Positions 29,101 to 38,080 of a DNA stretch of 64,000 nt are shown in pieces. The DNA lies in assembly GCA_030637655.1 (NCBI GenBank), contig DAOWGI010000090.1, positions 1-64,000 of the forward strand, in the 5' to 3' direction. The position numbers and the translations under genes are program-made. Origin of the DNA: a candidate division FCPU426 bacterium (GTDB lineage Bacteria; Oederibacteriota; JAAXVQ01; JAUVAV01). Within the stretch, counting starts at the first letter, position 1, and each line of letters opens with the position of its first letter. The notes beneath the pieces are model-generated. The model made no database searches. It was not told the origin of the DNA and saw only the letters and a list, made by a program, of their open reading frames with translations.

Positions 29101-29653
29101 TTTCTTCCAGCGTCTCTTCCACCATCCGACGCAAGCTTTCGGAAGTATGATGTGGTGAAGTTAAGGCGGCAATCACAACCGGCGCGTCAGCTTCTTCATA
29201 ATGAGCAATGACCGGTTTTTCTATTTCTTTGGGCAGCCGGTGTTTTACCCGCAAAAACTTTTCCCGCGTTTCCAGCGTGGCCAGATCCATATTGGTGCCT
29301 GGTTCAAACTCCAGGGTTACAATAGCCCGGTGTTTTTTTGAGGTTGAGATAATGTTTTTAAGCTTGGAGACTGTACCCATGGCTTCTTCTATTGGTTTGG
29401 TAATCAGGCGTTCCACTTCCGGAGGCGGCATACCGCCCCGAACGTCTACAAAAATGGTGACATTGCCATACGCGATATTGGGCATAAGCTCTAAGGGCAG
29501 CCGCTTCATTGCTGTAAGACCGGCAATAACAATGAACGCGATAATCATTAAAAATGCGATAGGCCGCTTCAGGCTGAAGTTCGGCAGTCTTCTGGCAAAA
29601 AGCAGAATGATAAGCCCCAACAATCCGCATTGTAGCAATTGATTAAAATCCAT
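26168..29653 (-). CDS. AcrB/AcrD/AcrF-family RND permease with extra hydrophobic segments
   Basis: GLLVDNAVVVLEN, VVNNGIILID and RIRPIFITT motifs; 1161 aa. Confidence 0.93.
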   Translation of the reverse strand: MDFNQLLQCGLLGLIILLFARRLPNFSLKRPIAFLMIIAFIVIAGLTAMKRLPLELMPNIAYGNVTIFVDVRGGMPPPEVERLITKPIEEAMGTVSKLKNIISTSKKHRAIVTLEFEPGTNMDLATLETREKFLRVKHRLPKEIEKPVIAHYEEADAPVVIAALTSPHHTSESLRRMVEETLEEKLLRVSGVANVEIGGGRQRKILVELDRQRLVALGLPFQKVVSVLERNNLNVRVGEVSAQSSTFGLRTLGDFKTIEDIKKIGVAVTETGGVIRLVDLGTVKDDYLEAESYSRLNSQAAVTLYIQKESLSNTVAVVEQVQKVLKKFEKTLTSDVEMLVVSNQGKLIKAALYSVMMTLFYGMTLVILILSLFLSKTVITRNLSAIGLTLLLGLLLVLTIIGVPLQKTIIVVIVMIAALFITALWRKDLWPAFIVAASIPVSLLLTLGFMYFNHVTLNVISLSGLVLGIGLLVDNAVVVLENYERLAKKKPGKLKEEQLNQATQEMINPMIGGTLTTIVVFLPFSLLQKQAQLLYAGIAFTVTTILLASLFSAIALVPALLNRYKSVSSEEGLDKRGDVTQAKKSRALIKKTWSFISSHRIYPALLTMIFLSAVFYFIAGYKLELSLYSALVITVLAAGLLMLVRYKLVLNSLLKHQGKVLSVVLLLFALSAAVFWYRVPKDFMASQEQNEFVVFIEMASGVRLDISNRLVKDIEERIQNHAGVKDEIKSISSKVEGWSSKIYVTLKPRFERKLSTARVIARLRKELVNIGEEYETFIYFSEPQSGKEVFVEVFGHNYETLAGLAMQLANRMSKIKGLSDTKVRYRPGRPEVKVILDRNKVALMGLDNKTVAESMHAQLKGLRATKFYDKQEEVETIVRLDPKQCETIEQLRQIMLMSEKDGHMPIEHIAKLHFGLSPSEIWHRNKSRMIQVSANLGKRPLGDAAEDIKAAIHAINFPDDYYADIGGDYEQMVAADKSFKLALGLTIILVFMVMAGLFESLIQPFIIMITVVLSGIGAVTALVLTHTTMTLGVSIGLLMLGGMVVNNGIILIDRINQLKAEHPDISLFKLISWAGKQRIRPIFITTVTTMCGLLPMALDQSESAGLWQPLAITVIGGLITGTVLTLFVVPCFYCAIESLRKISIIKRVPAENPACVKPEAN

Positions 29654-29806
29654 AAAATAACCCTTCTTAAAACATCAAAAGATTCACCACTAAGTCACTA
29701 AGGCACTAAGGTTCACTAAGAAAACAAAATATAAAAACATTTTTACCTTTGTGTTCCTTTGTGGGCCTTTGTGTCTCCGTGCCTCTGTGGTGCATCTTTT
29801 AAATCT

Positions 29807-30214
29807 TTACAATATTACTCTTCTGATTCCATTTTTTATTAACTCAACATTAAAATTAATCAGCAATCCTAATCTTTTTCCAGATAGTTTTAAATATGTT
29901 AATAATTGTGCCCTATGAATAGGCAAAATATGTTCAACAGACTTAATTTCAACAACAAGTATTTTTTCAATTAACAAATCCATTCTATAACCGGCTTCAT
30001 CCAAACATTTACCATTATAATAAACCGGAAAGGATACCTGCCTTTCAGTATTCAATCCTTTGACTAATATTTCTTCCATCAAAGCAAGTTCATACACCTT
30101 TTCCAATAATCCACTGCCAAGTTGTAGATGCACTTTAAATGCCGCATCAACAACCGCTTTGGATAACATATTTAACTCAACAGAAATTTCTTTTTGTTTT
30201 GCTTTTTCAATCAT
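29807..30214 (-). CDS. GxxExxY protein (PD-(D/E)XK-like)
   Basis: LGSGLLEKVYE, YRMDLLIE, VVEIKS, QLLTYLKLSGKRLGLLINF. Confidence 0.93.
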   Translation of the reverse strand: MIEKAKQKEISVELNMLSKAVVDAAFKVHLQLGSGLLEKVYELALMEEILVKGLNTERQVSFPVYYNGKCLDEAGYRMDLLIEKILVVEIKSVEHILPIHRAQLLTYLKLSGKRLGLLINFNVELIKNGIRRVIL

Positions 30215-30283
30215 ATTTTTTCTTTGTTTCCTTTGCCTTTCTTTGTGAACCTTTGTGTCCTTTGTGCCTTTGTGGTGGATCTT

Positions 30284-33200
30284 TTAAGCCTTTATCCTTT
30301 TTCTTTTTTTCATGATTCTTTCTTCTACAAATATGACCATCACCGGCAGGATAATAAGTGTCAGCATGGTTGAAACCAGCAATCCCGATACCACCACTAC
30401 TGCCATGGGCGCTTGCATCTGGGTTCCCTTACTAAACCCTATAGCCAAAGGAAGCAAGCCTAATATGGTGGTGGCGGCTGTCATGACAATAGGACGCATA
30501 CGTATGTTACAGGCTTCAAGCAATGCTGCTTTAAGCGTGATTTTCTCTTCTTTTCTTCTTTGATTCACAAAATCAATAAGTACGATACCGTTATTTACCA
30601 CAATACCGCTTAAGAGGACCAAGCCCATGCCGGCCATGGCGGATAAGGAATGACCGGTGATCAATAATGCCGGCGCCATACCAATCATGGCCAGGGGAAT
30701 CGTAAACAATATCAAAAACGGCTGCCAGAGCGACTCAAACAAGGCGGCCATGATCATGAAAACAAGCAGCAAAGACAAAATCAAAATATTGCGCAGACTC
30801 ACAAAAGACTCCTGAACCTGCACAGCTTCTCCGGTTAAATCAAGAGTGAAGTCAGGATGTTCCTGTTTAATGTCTGCCAACGCTTGCTTAATTTGCGGTT
30901 TAATATCATCAAGATTTTTTTTGAAAAGCCCGGCTGATACAACCACTGTTCTTTGCTGATCAATATGATAAATCTCACTTGGACCCAACGAGGATTCTAT
31001 GTCAGCAACAGCTTCTAAAGGCACTGTTAGTTCCAAGGGAGATCTGACCATCAACCGCCGCAGGGCTTCATTACTGTTTCGCTGGCTTTCTTGCAGTTGA
31101 ACACGAATGTCGATTTCTTTCCCAGCTTCCCGATATTTTGAAGCAAGGCTGCCTCTTATAGCTGCCAGCAGGGTTTTAGCCAGATCCGCTACTGATAAAC
31201 TGTAGCTTGCTGCCTGGTCGCGCTTTATCCTGATGCCGATTTCAGGCGCATTTAAACTCAAGGTGCTTTTGATATTAGTCAGACCTATAATCTCTTCTAA
31301 GGCAGCTATGACCTGGTCATTAATCACCTTGGTTTCCTTCAGGTCATAGCCTTTGATCTCAACCATCACAGGATCAGATGAACCGGCCAGGGCTCCGAGG
31401 CCGCTGCCCTGCGTTTTAAAATTGATCCGACCACCCTTCAAATCTAAAGAAGCAAATTGGGCTTTTAACTCTTCCCTAATCTCATCCGCGTTTCTTTTGC
31501 GTTTTGACTTTAGGGTGACCACAATCTTGGCTTCATTGGTCCCAAGTGGCTGCAAACCTTCCAGAGGAAGCGAACCAACACTGACCAGACGATGTTCAAC
31601 TTCTCGAAGCTGCTGGAGTTCTTTCTCTATTTCAAGACAGGCTTGATTAGTGGTTTCAAGCTTCGAACCAATGGGCATGGTCAAATGAATGACAAATTCA
31701 TCCTGATCGATTTTCGGGAACAATCCTTTTGGCAAAAAAGTCATCAGAGTGATACTAAGTCCAAAAACAATCAGACTTGCCAGCAATACCTTACCGGGAT
31801 GTTCTAATGCTCCGCTCAAAAATTTATTCAACCCATCTTTACTTTTACCGGCCAGATTTACTAACGGCTGTTGCCATTTCTTCCTTTCTTTCACTGCTGT
31901 TGACCAGACACCGGCCAGCATTGGTATCAAGGTAAACGCCACAAATAAAGAAGCTATTTGTGAAAAAACAATGGCCCAGGAAAGATCTTTAAATACTTGC
32001 CCGATAATGCCAAGAACGAATATAAGCGGAAGAAAGACGACCACGGTTGTTCCAATCGAACTGGCTACTGCTCCGAACACTTCCTGTGATCCGATAATTG
32101 CCGCGGCAATTTTACCTTGACCTTTTTCCCGATGGCGGGTGATGTTTTCAATAACCACAATCGCTCCATCAACCAGCAGACCTATACCTACTGCCAGACC
32201 GGCCAGTGATACCGTGTTTAATGTTATGCCCTTCAGGTTAAGTAAAAAGAGCGTGGCCAAAATCGATGTTGGTATAGCAGTACTTACAATGAGTGCCTGA
32301 CGATAACTTCCTAAAAATATATACAGCACCAGAAAAGCCAGAAAAGCGCCCATCACTCCGGCTTGTATCATCTGTCTGATTCCGGTTTTAATAAATGTTG
32401 ACTGATCATAGATAAGATCAAGTTTTACGCCAACCGGTAATTTGGAATTAATATCCGGCAGTCGCTTTTTCACCCGTTCTGCTACAGCAACGATATTGGC
32501 ATCCCCTTGTTTTAGTATAGACAAGGAGATATTTTCCTGACTGTCATAACGTGAAAAACTTGTCTTTTCTTTGTACGTATCTTTGACTTTGCCCAAGGCT
32601 CCAACTCTAATAGCCTGTGCCCCGCCATATTTGGCTGACTGTTGATTGGCTGTCTGGCCGGTTTTTTTTACGTCCCGTTGCCGGCTGCTGCTGAGAAGCC
32701 GTTTCTCCCGGTCAATATGAACAATAACATCTTCAAGTTCTCCGGGTTTATTAATCGCTCCTGCAATTCGCACTACATACTCATAAACAGCATCTTTGAT
32801 ATTACCGGCTGGATAAGTTATGTTTCCTTTTTTCACTGCCTCCACAACATCAAGTATAGGCAGATGATGAGCTGCCAGACGACTTTGATCAAGCTCGACC
32901 AGTATCTCACGCTCCAAACCTCCGGTTAAGGACACAACAGCAACACCGGGTATCTTTTCCAAAAGTTCGGCTACCGGACGTTTGGCAATTTTCAAAAGTT
33001 CCTGAGGAGTACGCTTGCCGCTTAAACTAAGCACCACTACCGGGAGCTCAAAGGGATTGAACCTCTCAATACGCGGTTCTTTAGCCTCACGAGGCAGTTT
33101 GATTTTTACCAGATCGATTTTTTCACGCAGATTGAGAGAAGCAAAGTCCATATTAACGCCCCATTGAAATTCTACGGTTACTACTGATACACCTTCTTTG

Positions 33201-33451
33201 GATATTGAATGCAGCCTGCGGACACCTTTTACTGTTCCGCCGGCTTCTTCCACTACTTTAGTAACCAGATTTTCGATTTCCTGACTGGAGGCATTGGGAT
33301 AACTGGTGACAACCATTAATTGGGGAAATGCCAACGAGGGCATAAATTCCTGCGGTAGTTTCTGCCAGGCAATAAATCCCAGCAAAGCTACCAAGGTATA
33401 AATCATGCTTATGGTTACGCGGCGTCTGACCGCTGTTTTTATAAAATCCAT
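30284..33451 (-). CDS. AcrB/AcrD/AcrF-family RND permease
   Basis: GLLVDGAIVVIENI, GIVVNNGIVLID, RMRPIVMT; 1055 aa. Confidence 0.95.
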   Translation of the reverse strand: MDFIKTAVRRRVTISMIYTLVALLGFIAWQKLPQEFMPSLAFPQLMVVTSYPNASSQEIENLVTKVVEEAGGTVKGVRRLHSISKEGVSVVTVEFQWGVNMDFASLNLREKIDLVKIKLPREAKEPRIERFNPFELPVVVLSLSGKRTPQELLKIAKRPVAELLEKIPGVAVVSLTGGLEREILVELDQSRLAAHHLPILDVVEAVKKGNITYPAGNIKDAVYEYVVRIAGAINKPGELEDVIVHIDREKRLLSSSRQRDVKKTGQTANQQSAKYGGAQAIRVGALGKVKDTYKEKTSFSRYDSQENISLSILKQGDANIVAVAERVKKRLPDINSKLPVGVKLDLIYDQSTFIKTGIRQMIQAGVMGAFLAFLVLYIFLGSYRQALIVSTAIPTSILATLFLLNLKGITLNTVSLAGLAVGIGLLVDGAIVVIENITRHREKGQGKIAAAIIGSQEVFGAVASSIGTTVVVFLPLIFVLGIIGQVFKDLSWAIVFSQIASLFVAFTLIPMLAGVWSTAVKERKKWQQPLVNLAGKSKDGLNKFLSGALEHPGKVLLASLIVFGLSITLMTFLPKGLFPKIDQDEFVIHLTMPIGSKLETTNQACLEIEKELQQLREVEHRLVSVGSLPLEGLQPLGTNEAKIVVTLKSKRKRNADEIREELKAQFASLDLKGGRINFKTQGSGLGALAGSSDPVMVEIKGYDLKETKVINDQVIAALEEIIGLTNIKSTLSLNAPEIGIRIKRDQAASYSLSVADLAKTLLAAIRGSLASKYREAGKEIDIRVQLQESQRNSNEALRRLMVRSPLELTVPLEAVADIESSLGPSEIYHIDQQRTVVVSAGLFKKNLDDIKPQIKQALADIKQEHPDFTLDLTGEAVQVQESFVSLRNILILSLLLVFMIMAALFESLWQPFLILFTIPLAMIGMAPALLITGHSLSAMAGMGLVLLSGIVVNNGIVLIDFVNQRRKEEKITLKAALLEACNIRMRPIVMTAATTILGLLPLAIGFSKGTQMQAPMAVVVVSGLLVSTMLTLIILPVMVIFVEERIMKKRKRIKA

Positions 33452-33769
33452 CGAACTTCTCCGATCAAAATTTTCTGGGGGTTAAACCGCAAAGTCAAAA
33501 ACAAATTCAAAATATTCACCACAAAGGCACTAAGGACACGAAGATTCACAAAGAAAACCAAAATCTTTTTAGGGTGAAATCCTGAACTCGAAATCTAAAA
33601 ACCAAAACCATTTAAATAAGATTTTTAAAATTCATACAGCTTTTATATTTAACCCCTCAAAACTTTTGATTTTTCATTATTTTGCCTTTGCCTTCTTTGT
33701 GTTCCTTGGTGTCCTTAGTACCTCTCGTGCCCGTAGTTCGGGTATTGTGGTGCATCTTTTAAGTCTTTT

Positions 33770-34843
33770 TTATTTCGTATCAGTATACACTTCCGGTTTT
33801 CCAAAGCGGATGGTTTCTCCGGGCTTGACATCCGCATAGGCCGGGCGCATGACAATCAATTCGCCTTCTTCCAGACCTTGTAGTGCGGCAGTATAATCTC
33901 TTGATTCATAACCCATTTTTATTTCACGCTCTGCTATGGTTCTATCTCCTTTAACAACCAGCACTTTTTCCTGCCCTTCCAAAAGCGCTGACTTAGGAAT
34001 AATGGCAGAGGTCTGATCATAGGTAATAATCCTGCATGTCGCTGATAATCCGGGACGCAGCTTATTACTGAATTTTTTATCCAGCTTAATGCGAATAGGT
34101 ATCATCCGGCTGCTAGTCGTTATTTCAGGTGATACACTGCTCACTTCTCCTGATATAGGTCCATCTGAAATTGCTGTAACATGAACCTGCGCTTTTTGGC
34201 CCACATAGATTTCAGACAAATGGTTTTCAATAATACTGACTTCAAGATAGAAATAATCATCATCACTGACAAAATAGGCTATTGGGCTTTGACGATTTAC
34301 CAGCTCACCTTCCTGCACTAATATCTCGCCTAATTTGCCATTTTTGGGCGCTCGGATAAATGTATCATCATAATCCTTCTTGACCACTTTGACGATTTCA
34401 TTAGCTTCTTCCAGTTCGGTCTGCGAGGCTCCTCCGACCTCAAACAAAGACTTTTTTCTCTTCAAGCCTATCTGGGCTTGTTTTAATTTTGACCTGGTAC
34501 GAGTATGATCCTGCTCGGCAATAATCTGACCTTTTTTGACAAAAGCTCCGGGTTTGAAATTGTACTTAACCAAAATCTCTTCCTGCGTAGATTTCAATTC
34601 CAACGATGAGCTTTTGACTGTTCCCAGCAAACCGGTCAAGGCATCCTCAAACTGCTTTTTCTCTACTTTAAACACCTGCACATATTTCAAATTGCCGTCT
34701 GCCTGCTGAGCGGCTTTATTCTGCCGATATTCCCTGACTGCCCTGGCTTGGTTCCATTTCCACAACATCCCAAGCGCGGCAATAATTAATATGCAGCCGA
34801 TCACCAATACTTTAAAACGATTCTTCAGCAATTGTTTAATCAT
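33770..34843 (-). CDS. RND periplasmic adaptor (membrane fusion protein)
   Basis: N-terminal TM, lipoyl-like GAFVKKGQ and IRAPKNG...VQEGELV, LRPGLSA; located between TolC and RND genes. Confidence 0.88.
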   Translation of the reverse strand: MIKQLLKNRFKVLVIGCILIIAALGMLWKWNQARAVREYRQNKAAQQADGNLKYVQVFKVEKKQFEDALTGLLGTVKSSSLELKSTQEEILVKYNFKPGAFVKKGQIIAEQDHTRTRSKLKQAQIGLKRKKSLFEVGGASQTELEEANEIVKVVKKDYDDTFIRAPKNGKLGEILVQEGELVNRQSPIAYFVSDDDYFYLEVSIIENHLSEIYVGQKAQVHVTAISDGPISGEVSSVSPEITTSSRMIPIRIKLDKKFSNKLRPGLSATCRIITYDQTSAIIPKSALLEGQEKVLVVKGDRTIAEREIKMGYESRDYTAALQGLEEGELIVMRPAYADVKPGETIRFGKPEVYTDTK

Positions 34844-34908
34844 ACTATCTCCCTATATTTCATTATTTTAAATAATCCACCACCAAGGCACTAAGCTTCA
34901 CCAAGTTT

Positions 34909-36378
34909 TTATATTCTTTCCTTTGTGTTCCTTTGTGTACTTTGTGCCTCTTGTGCCCGTAGTTTGGGTATGGTGGTGGATATTTTATTTTGAATACTAT
35001 ATCCTTCTATACCCACTGCTTTATCTAATGCTGCTAATGCCAGAAGATAATAGACTTTAGCTTCAGTGAGCGCTGCCAGGCTGTTTGCCAGCTTGTTGTT
35101 GGCTTCCGCTACATCGGATATACCTACTTTTTCATCTCTTAAATGTATTTTCTGAATAGCCAGCTCGCTTTTAGCCAATTCAACTTCCAGCTTGGCATGC
35201 TCTACCTGCGCTTTGCCCTTGTGCACATTATAAAAAGCTTCCCGCACTTCCACCATTAATGTTTGCCTGGCTTTTTTTTGATTATATTGCGCCTGCTGAA
35301 ATTGCCAGCCGGCTTCTTTCTTTTCAGCGGCTGATTTGTAGCCATCAAGAATGCCTAATGTCGCGCTTGCTGTTCGTGATTCCGTCCGTGATGACTGTCC
35401 CAGCTTGGGACTTGTCTTCTGATCAAATCCCGATAAGGCCAGAGAATTCCAGGCAAATTTCTGAGTAAGTTTGATGCTGATATTGTAATCTTCATCGAGC
35501 TCCATATCTTCGCTGTTATATGCTCCGCCACTTCTGCCGTAAAAACCGTTTAATTCGATTTTGGGCCAGTCCTGACTATAATGAATTTTCTTTTCATATT
35601 CCCCGGCTTTTAATGATAACTGCTGCACCAGGTAATCAGGATTATGCTCCTCGGCTTTTTGCAGGCATTCTTCCAACGTAACCGTGCTTTCGTAATAAGG
35701 TGTTGCTTTTACCAATTCCCATGCTGTTGGTTTATCCACTCCCAGGGCCGCGGCCAGATTCCAGCGAAACTTTTCCATCTCCGCTTGAGTGCTTTGCTTC
35801 TGGTACATATTACTGTTTTTCCGGGTTTCCGTTGCAATAAGATGTCTCTTGTTAATGGTACCGTCTGCGAATAACTTCTTTGCCATTTTCAAATAGCGCG
35901 AACTGTCTTTTAAGGTTTCAGCATACTGTTTATAGTTTTGGTTAACCCGAACAAGATTCCAGTACGCTTCCTGCAACTGATAGTTCATATCAAGCTTGGC
36001 TTTGCGGTATTTCTCTTCCGCTATTTTTTTATTAAGCTGAGCCTGTTTGTAAGTTGACCATAGTTTACCTCCGCTAAACAGCGTCTGGGAAAGCTGTAAT
36101 CCATAACTGGCTTCGCGAAAACCCGGTGTGCCAAGTTCAACAATTGAAGCGCCGTCTGTAAACTCACCTTTGGCACTTAAATTCGGCCACAGCGCTCTGG
36201 CTGCTTCCGCTGCTTTAGCGTCACGAACTCCAATCTCTTCCTTTGCCAGTTTTAAAGGACTGTAGTTTTCTTCTGCTATAGTTTGACAGCGGCTCAGAGT
36301 AAGCTGATCCTTTTCCGCCAAAACCTGCGTTGTTACTGCCAGACTTAAAATGAGTGCTATCGCTATTTTTTTCATCAT
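34909..36378 (-). CDS. TolC-family outer membrane efflux protein
   Basis: Signal peptide MMKKIAIALILSLAVTTQVLA with AAGGA RBS; two OEP repeats (ALWPNLS, DWPKIEL). The track's longer N-terminus is repeat-derived. Confidence 0.88.
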   Translation of the reverse strand: MMKKIAIALILSLAVTTQVLAEKDQLTLSRCQTIAEENYSPLKLAKEEIGVRDAKAAEAARALWPNLSAKGEFTDGASIVELGTPGFREASYGLQLSQTLFSGGKLWSTYKQAQLNKKIAEEKYRKAKLDMNYQLQEAYWNLVRVNQNYKQYAETLKDSSRYLKMAKKLFADGTINKRHLIATETRKNSNMYQKQSTQAEMEKFRWNLAAALGVDKPTAWELVKATPYYESTVTLEECLQKAEEHNPDYLVQQLSLKAGEYEKKIHYSQDWPKIELNGFYGRSGGAYNSEDMELDEDYNISIKLTQKFAWNSLALSGFDQKTSPKLGQSSRTESRTASATLGILDGYKSAAEKKEAGWQFQQAQYNQKKARQTLMVEVREAFYNVHKGKAQVEHAKLEVELAKSELAIQKIHLRDEKVGISDVAEANNKLANSLAALTEAKVYYLLALAALDKAVGIEGYSIQNKISTTIPKLRAQEAQSTQRNTKERI

Positions 36379-36571
36379 AAGATTCCTTTTATTCAAATTG
36401 GTATTGTCAAAAATATCTACCACTATACCCAAACTACGGGCACGAGAGGCTCTAAGGCGCCAAGGTTCACAAAGTTTTTTAATGTTTTCATCTTTCCTTT
36501 GTGTTCCTTTGTGCCTCCGTGCCTCTGTGGTGCATCTTTTCATTCCTTTTCTTTTTTTAATGATTCACCAC

Positions 36572-36862
36572 TCATCTTTGCCTCTCATTCAGCCGGTTAA
36601 TCTGCTCTACCTGATTTATAGCCTGCTGATGCCGGTTTACATCCTCCGGCAAGCCGGTATTTGCTGCTGGATTATACTGTCCCGGCAGGCTCATTCCCGG
36701 TCTTTTTTCTATCTCTGCCAGCTCTTCCCTGGTCAATTCCTTTTTTCCTTCTTTGGATACAACCTCAACGTTTGTACTGTTTCCATTTATAATTTTATAA
36801 ATAATAACCCCGCTTACAATCAACGTCATGGCAATAATAATAATTACCGGCAGCCTGTTCAT
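36572..36862 (-). CDS. Small single-pass membrane protein, first gene of the TolC/RND operon
   Basis: GGAGG RBS, N-terminal TM helix, 96 aa. Confidence 0.75.
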   Translation of the reverse strand: MNRLPVIIIIAMTLIVSGVIIYKIINGNSTNVEVVSKEGKKELTREELAEIEKRPGMSLPGQYNPAANTGLPEDVNRHQQAINQVEQINRLNERQR

Positions 36863-36888
36863 TTCAGCCTCCTTTGATACTCTTTTTA

Positions 36889-36917
36889 TTAGACAGTAAA
36901 ATTTAGTTTTCCTTTCA
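36889..36917 (-). promoter_or_regulatory. Putative ECF-like promoter of the TolC/RND operon (TGAAAGGAAA-N13-GTCTAA)
   Basis: About 27 nt upstream of the ATG at 36862; motif repeated four times in the window. Confidence 0.6.
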
Positions 36918-37086
36918 TTTTTTTTTATTTTTCTTTGATTACAGCAAAAGTGGGTATATTACTATAATAATGTAAGAAACTTGAACAGTTCTTTTTACGC
37001 GAACTTTTTGACAAACTTAATCCGCATCATTCACACCCTTGCCGTCCAGCTAACACTTCAGCAGGGGCGCCCTACCGGGCGCACAT

Positions 37087-37125
37087 AAAAAAAGCCCTGA
37101 AGGATTGAGTCCTCCAGGACTTTTT
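37087..37125 (-). terminator. Intrinsic terminator
   Basis: Minus-strand stem AGUCCUGGAGGA/UCCUUCAGGGCU followed by a U-tract, just after the stop at 37141. Confidence 0.8.
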
Positions 37126-37140
37126 ATTTTTTTATATTAA

Positions 37141-37506
37141 CTAGGCCGCTTTGCTCTCTAACCTGGCTACGCGCACTTCCAGTTTCGCAAACTCATCACG
37201 ACCGACTTTTTGTTTCAACTCATTTTTAATCTCAGTCTGACCTTCATGCAAAAGCACAGACTGCTCTTTCAGTGTACTGACATCGGTTTTCAGTATACTG
37301 ACATCGGTTTTCAGTGTACTGACATCGGTTTTCAAGACATTGACAGCTACTGTCAGAATACCCATTTGTTCCTTTAAAACAGTTCTTTCTTCTTTTGCCA
37401 CCCCAAATTCATGCAGCATAACTTCGGTTACTCTTTTTATATCTGATTTGATATCTTCCACTACTGTTTTAAATTCGGACAACGTAATCACCTTCTTTTC
37501 CTTCAT
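37141..37506 (-). CDS. 121-aa coiled-coil protein with LKTDVST heptad repeats
   Basis: GGAGG RBS before ATG 37506; 21-bp tandem repeat x3 at about 37268-37335. Confidence 0.8.
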   Translation of the reverse strand: MKEKKVITLSEFKTVVEDIKSDIKRVTEVMLHEFGVAKEERTVLKEQMGILTVAVNVLKTDVSTLKTDVSILKTDVSTLKEQSVLLHEGQTEIKNELKQKVGRDEFAKLEVRVARLESKAA

Positions 37507-37561
37507 AATCAACCTCCAGAATTGTAGTATGGGCTGCCTGGAATTGGCAAGCCCTATTTGG

Positions 37562-37590
37562 TTAGACATGATTCTGGAGATTTCCATGCG
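37562..37590 (-). promoter_or_regulatory. Putative ECF-like promoter (CGCATGGAAA-N13-GTCTAA)
   Basis: Same core and spacing as the other three copies. Confidence 0.45.
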
Positions 37591-37709
37591 AAAAATCTCA
37601 CCGCAAAGACGCAAAGGAAAGATAATTAAAATAGTAAACTTCTTTAACTTAAATTGACTGCTTTAGCCCAAATTTTTGTCGTTGAGGTGGTATTTCAGCC
37701 TTTGTTACA

Positions 37710-37928
37710 CTATCCTTCGTCAACGCCCATGTGGGAACAAAACCGTATTTTATTCCGTATCGTCTTTGCCGCTTCCCAACCGTCCATAATTGGCATATTC
37801 AAATCCATGAGGCAAAGATCATATTTCTTCTCAGATGCCTTCCTCATAGCCTCACAGCCCCGGTCATCCATTAAAAAGCGGATCGCTTCCTGGAGAAGTT
37901 GTCTGTCTTCGGCAATGAGGATTTCCAT
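37710..37928 (-). pseudogene. Degenerate response regulator receiver domain
   Basis: ILIAED...[18 protein letters not shown]; internally shortened and loses frame before the ALT/KP region. Confidence 0.75.
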
Positions 37929-38080
37929 GTTATGCTCGCCCTCTTTTTCTATCCCTACGGTAATTTTTTCTTAACAAATTTAATTTCCCTAACTCTTATT
38001 CGTGCCCGACCCCCTTTTACCCCTGGACTTCCCCCAAAACACAAGACTTTGCCTGGCGCAAGACACCGTCCACCAACAAA

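Noticed and set aside
36379-36543. N-terminal 55-aa extension of TolC in the track, and the overlapping plus ORF 36350-36877
   Set aside because: Both are translations of the intergenic repeat; the signal peptide and RBS point to a start at 36378 or 36375.
37008-37085. Possible plus-strand small RNA (TTGACA at 37008, GC-rich hairpin at about 37064-37084)
   Set aside because: No convincing -10 element and no family I can recognise; a covariance-model search would be needed.
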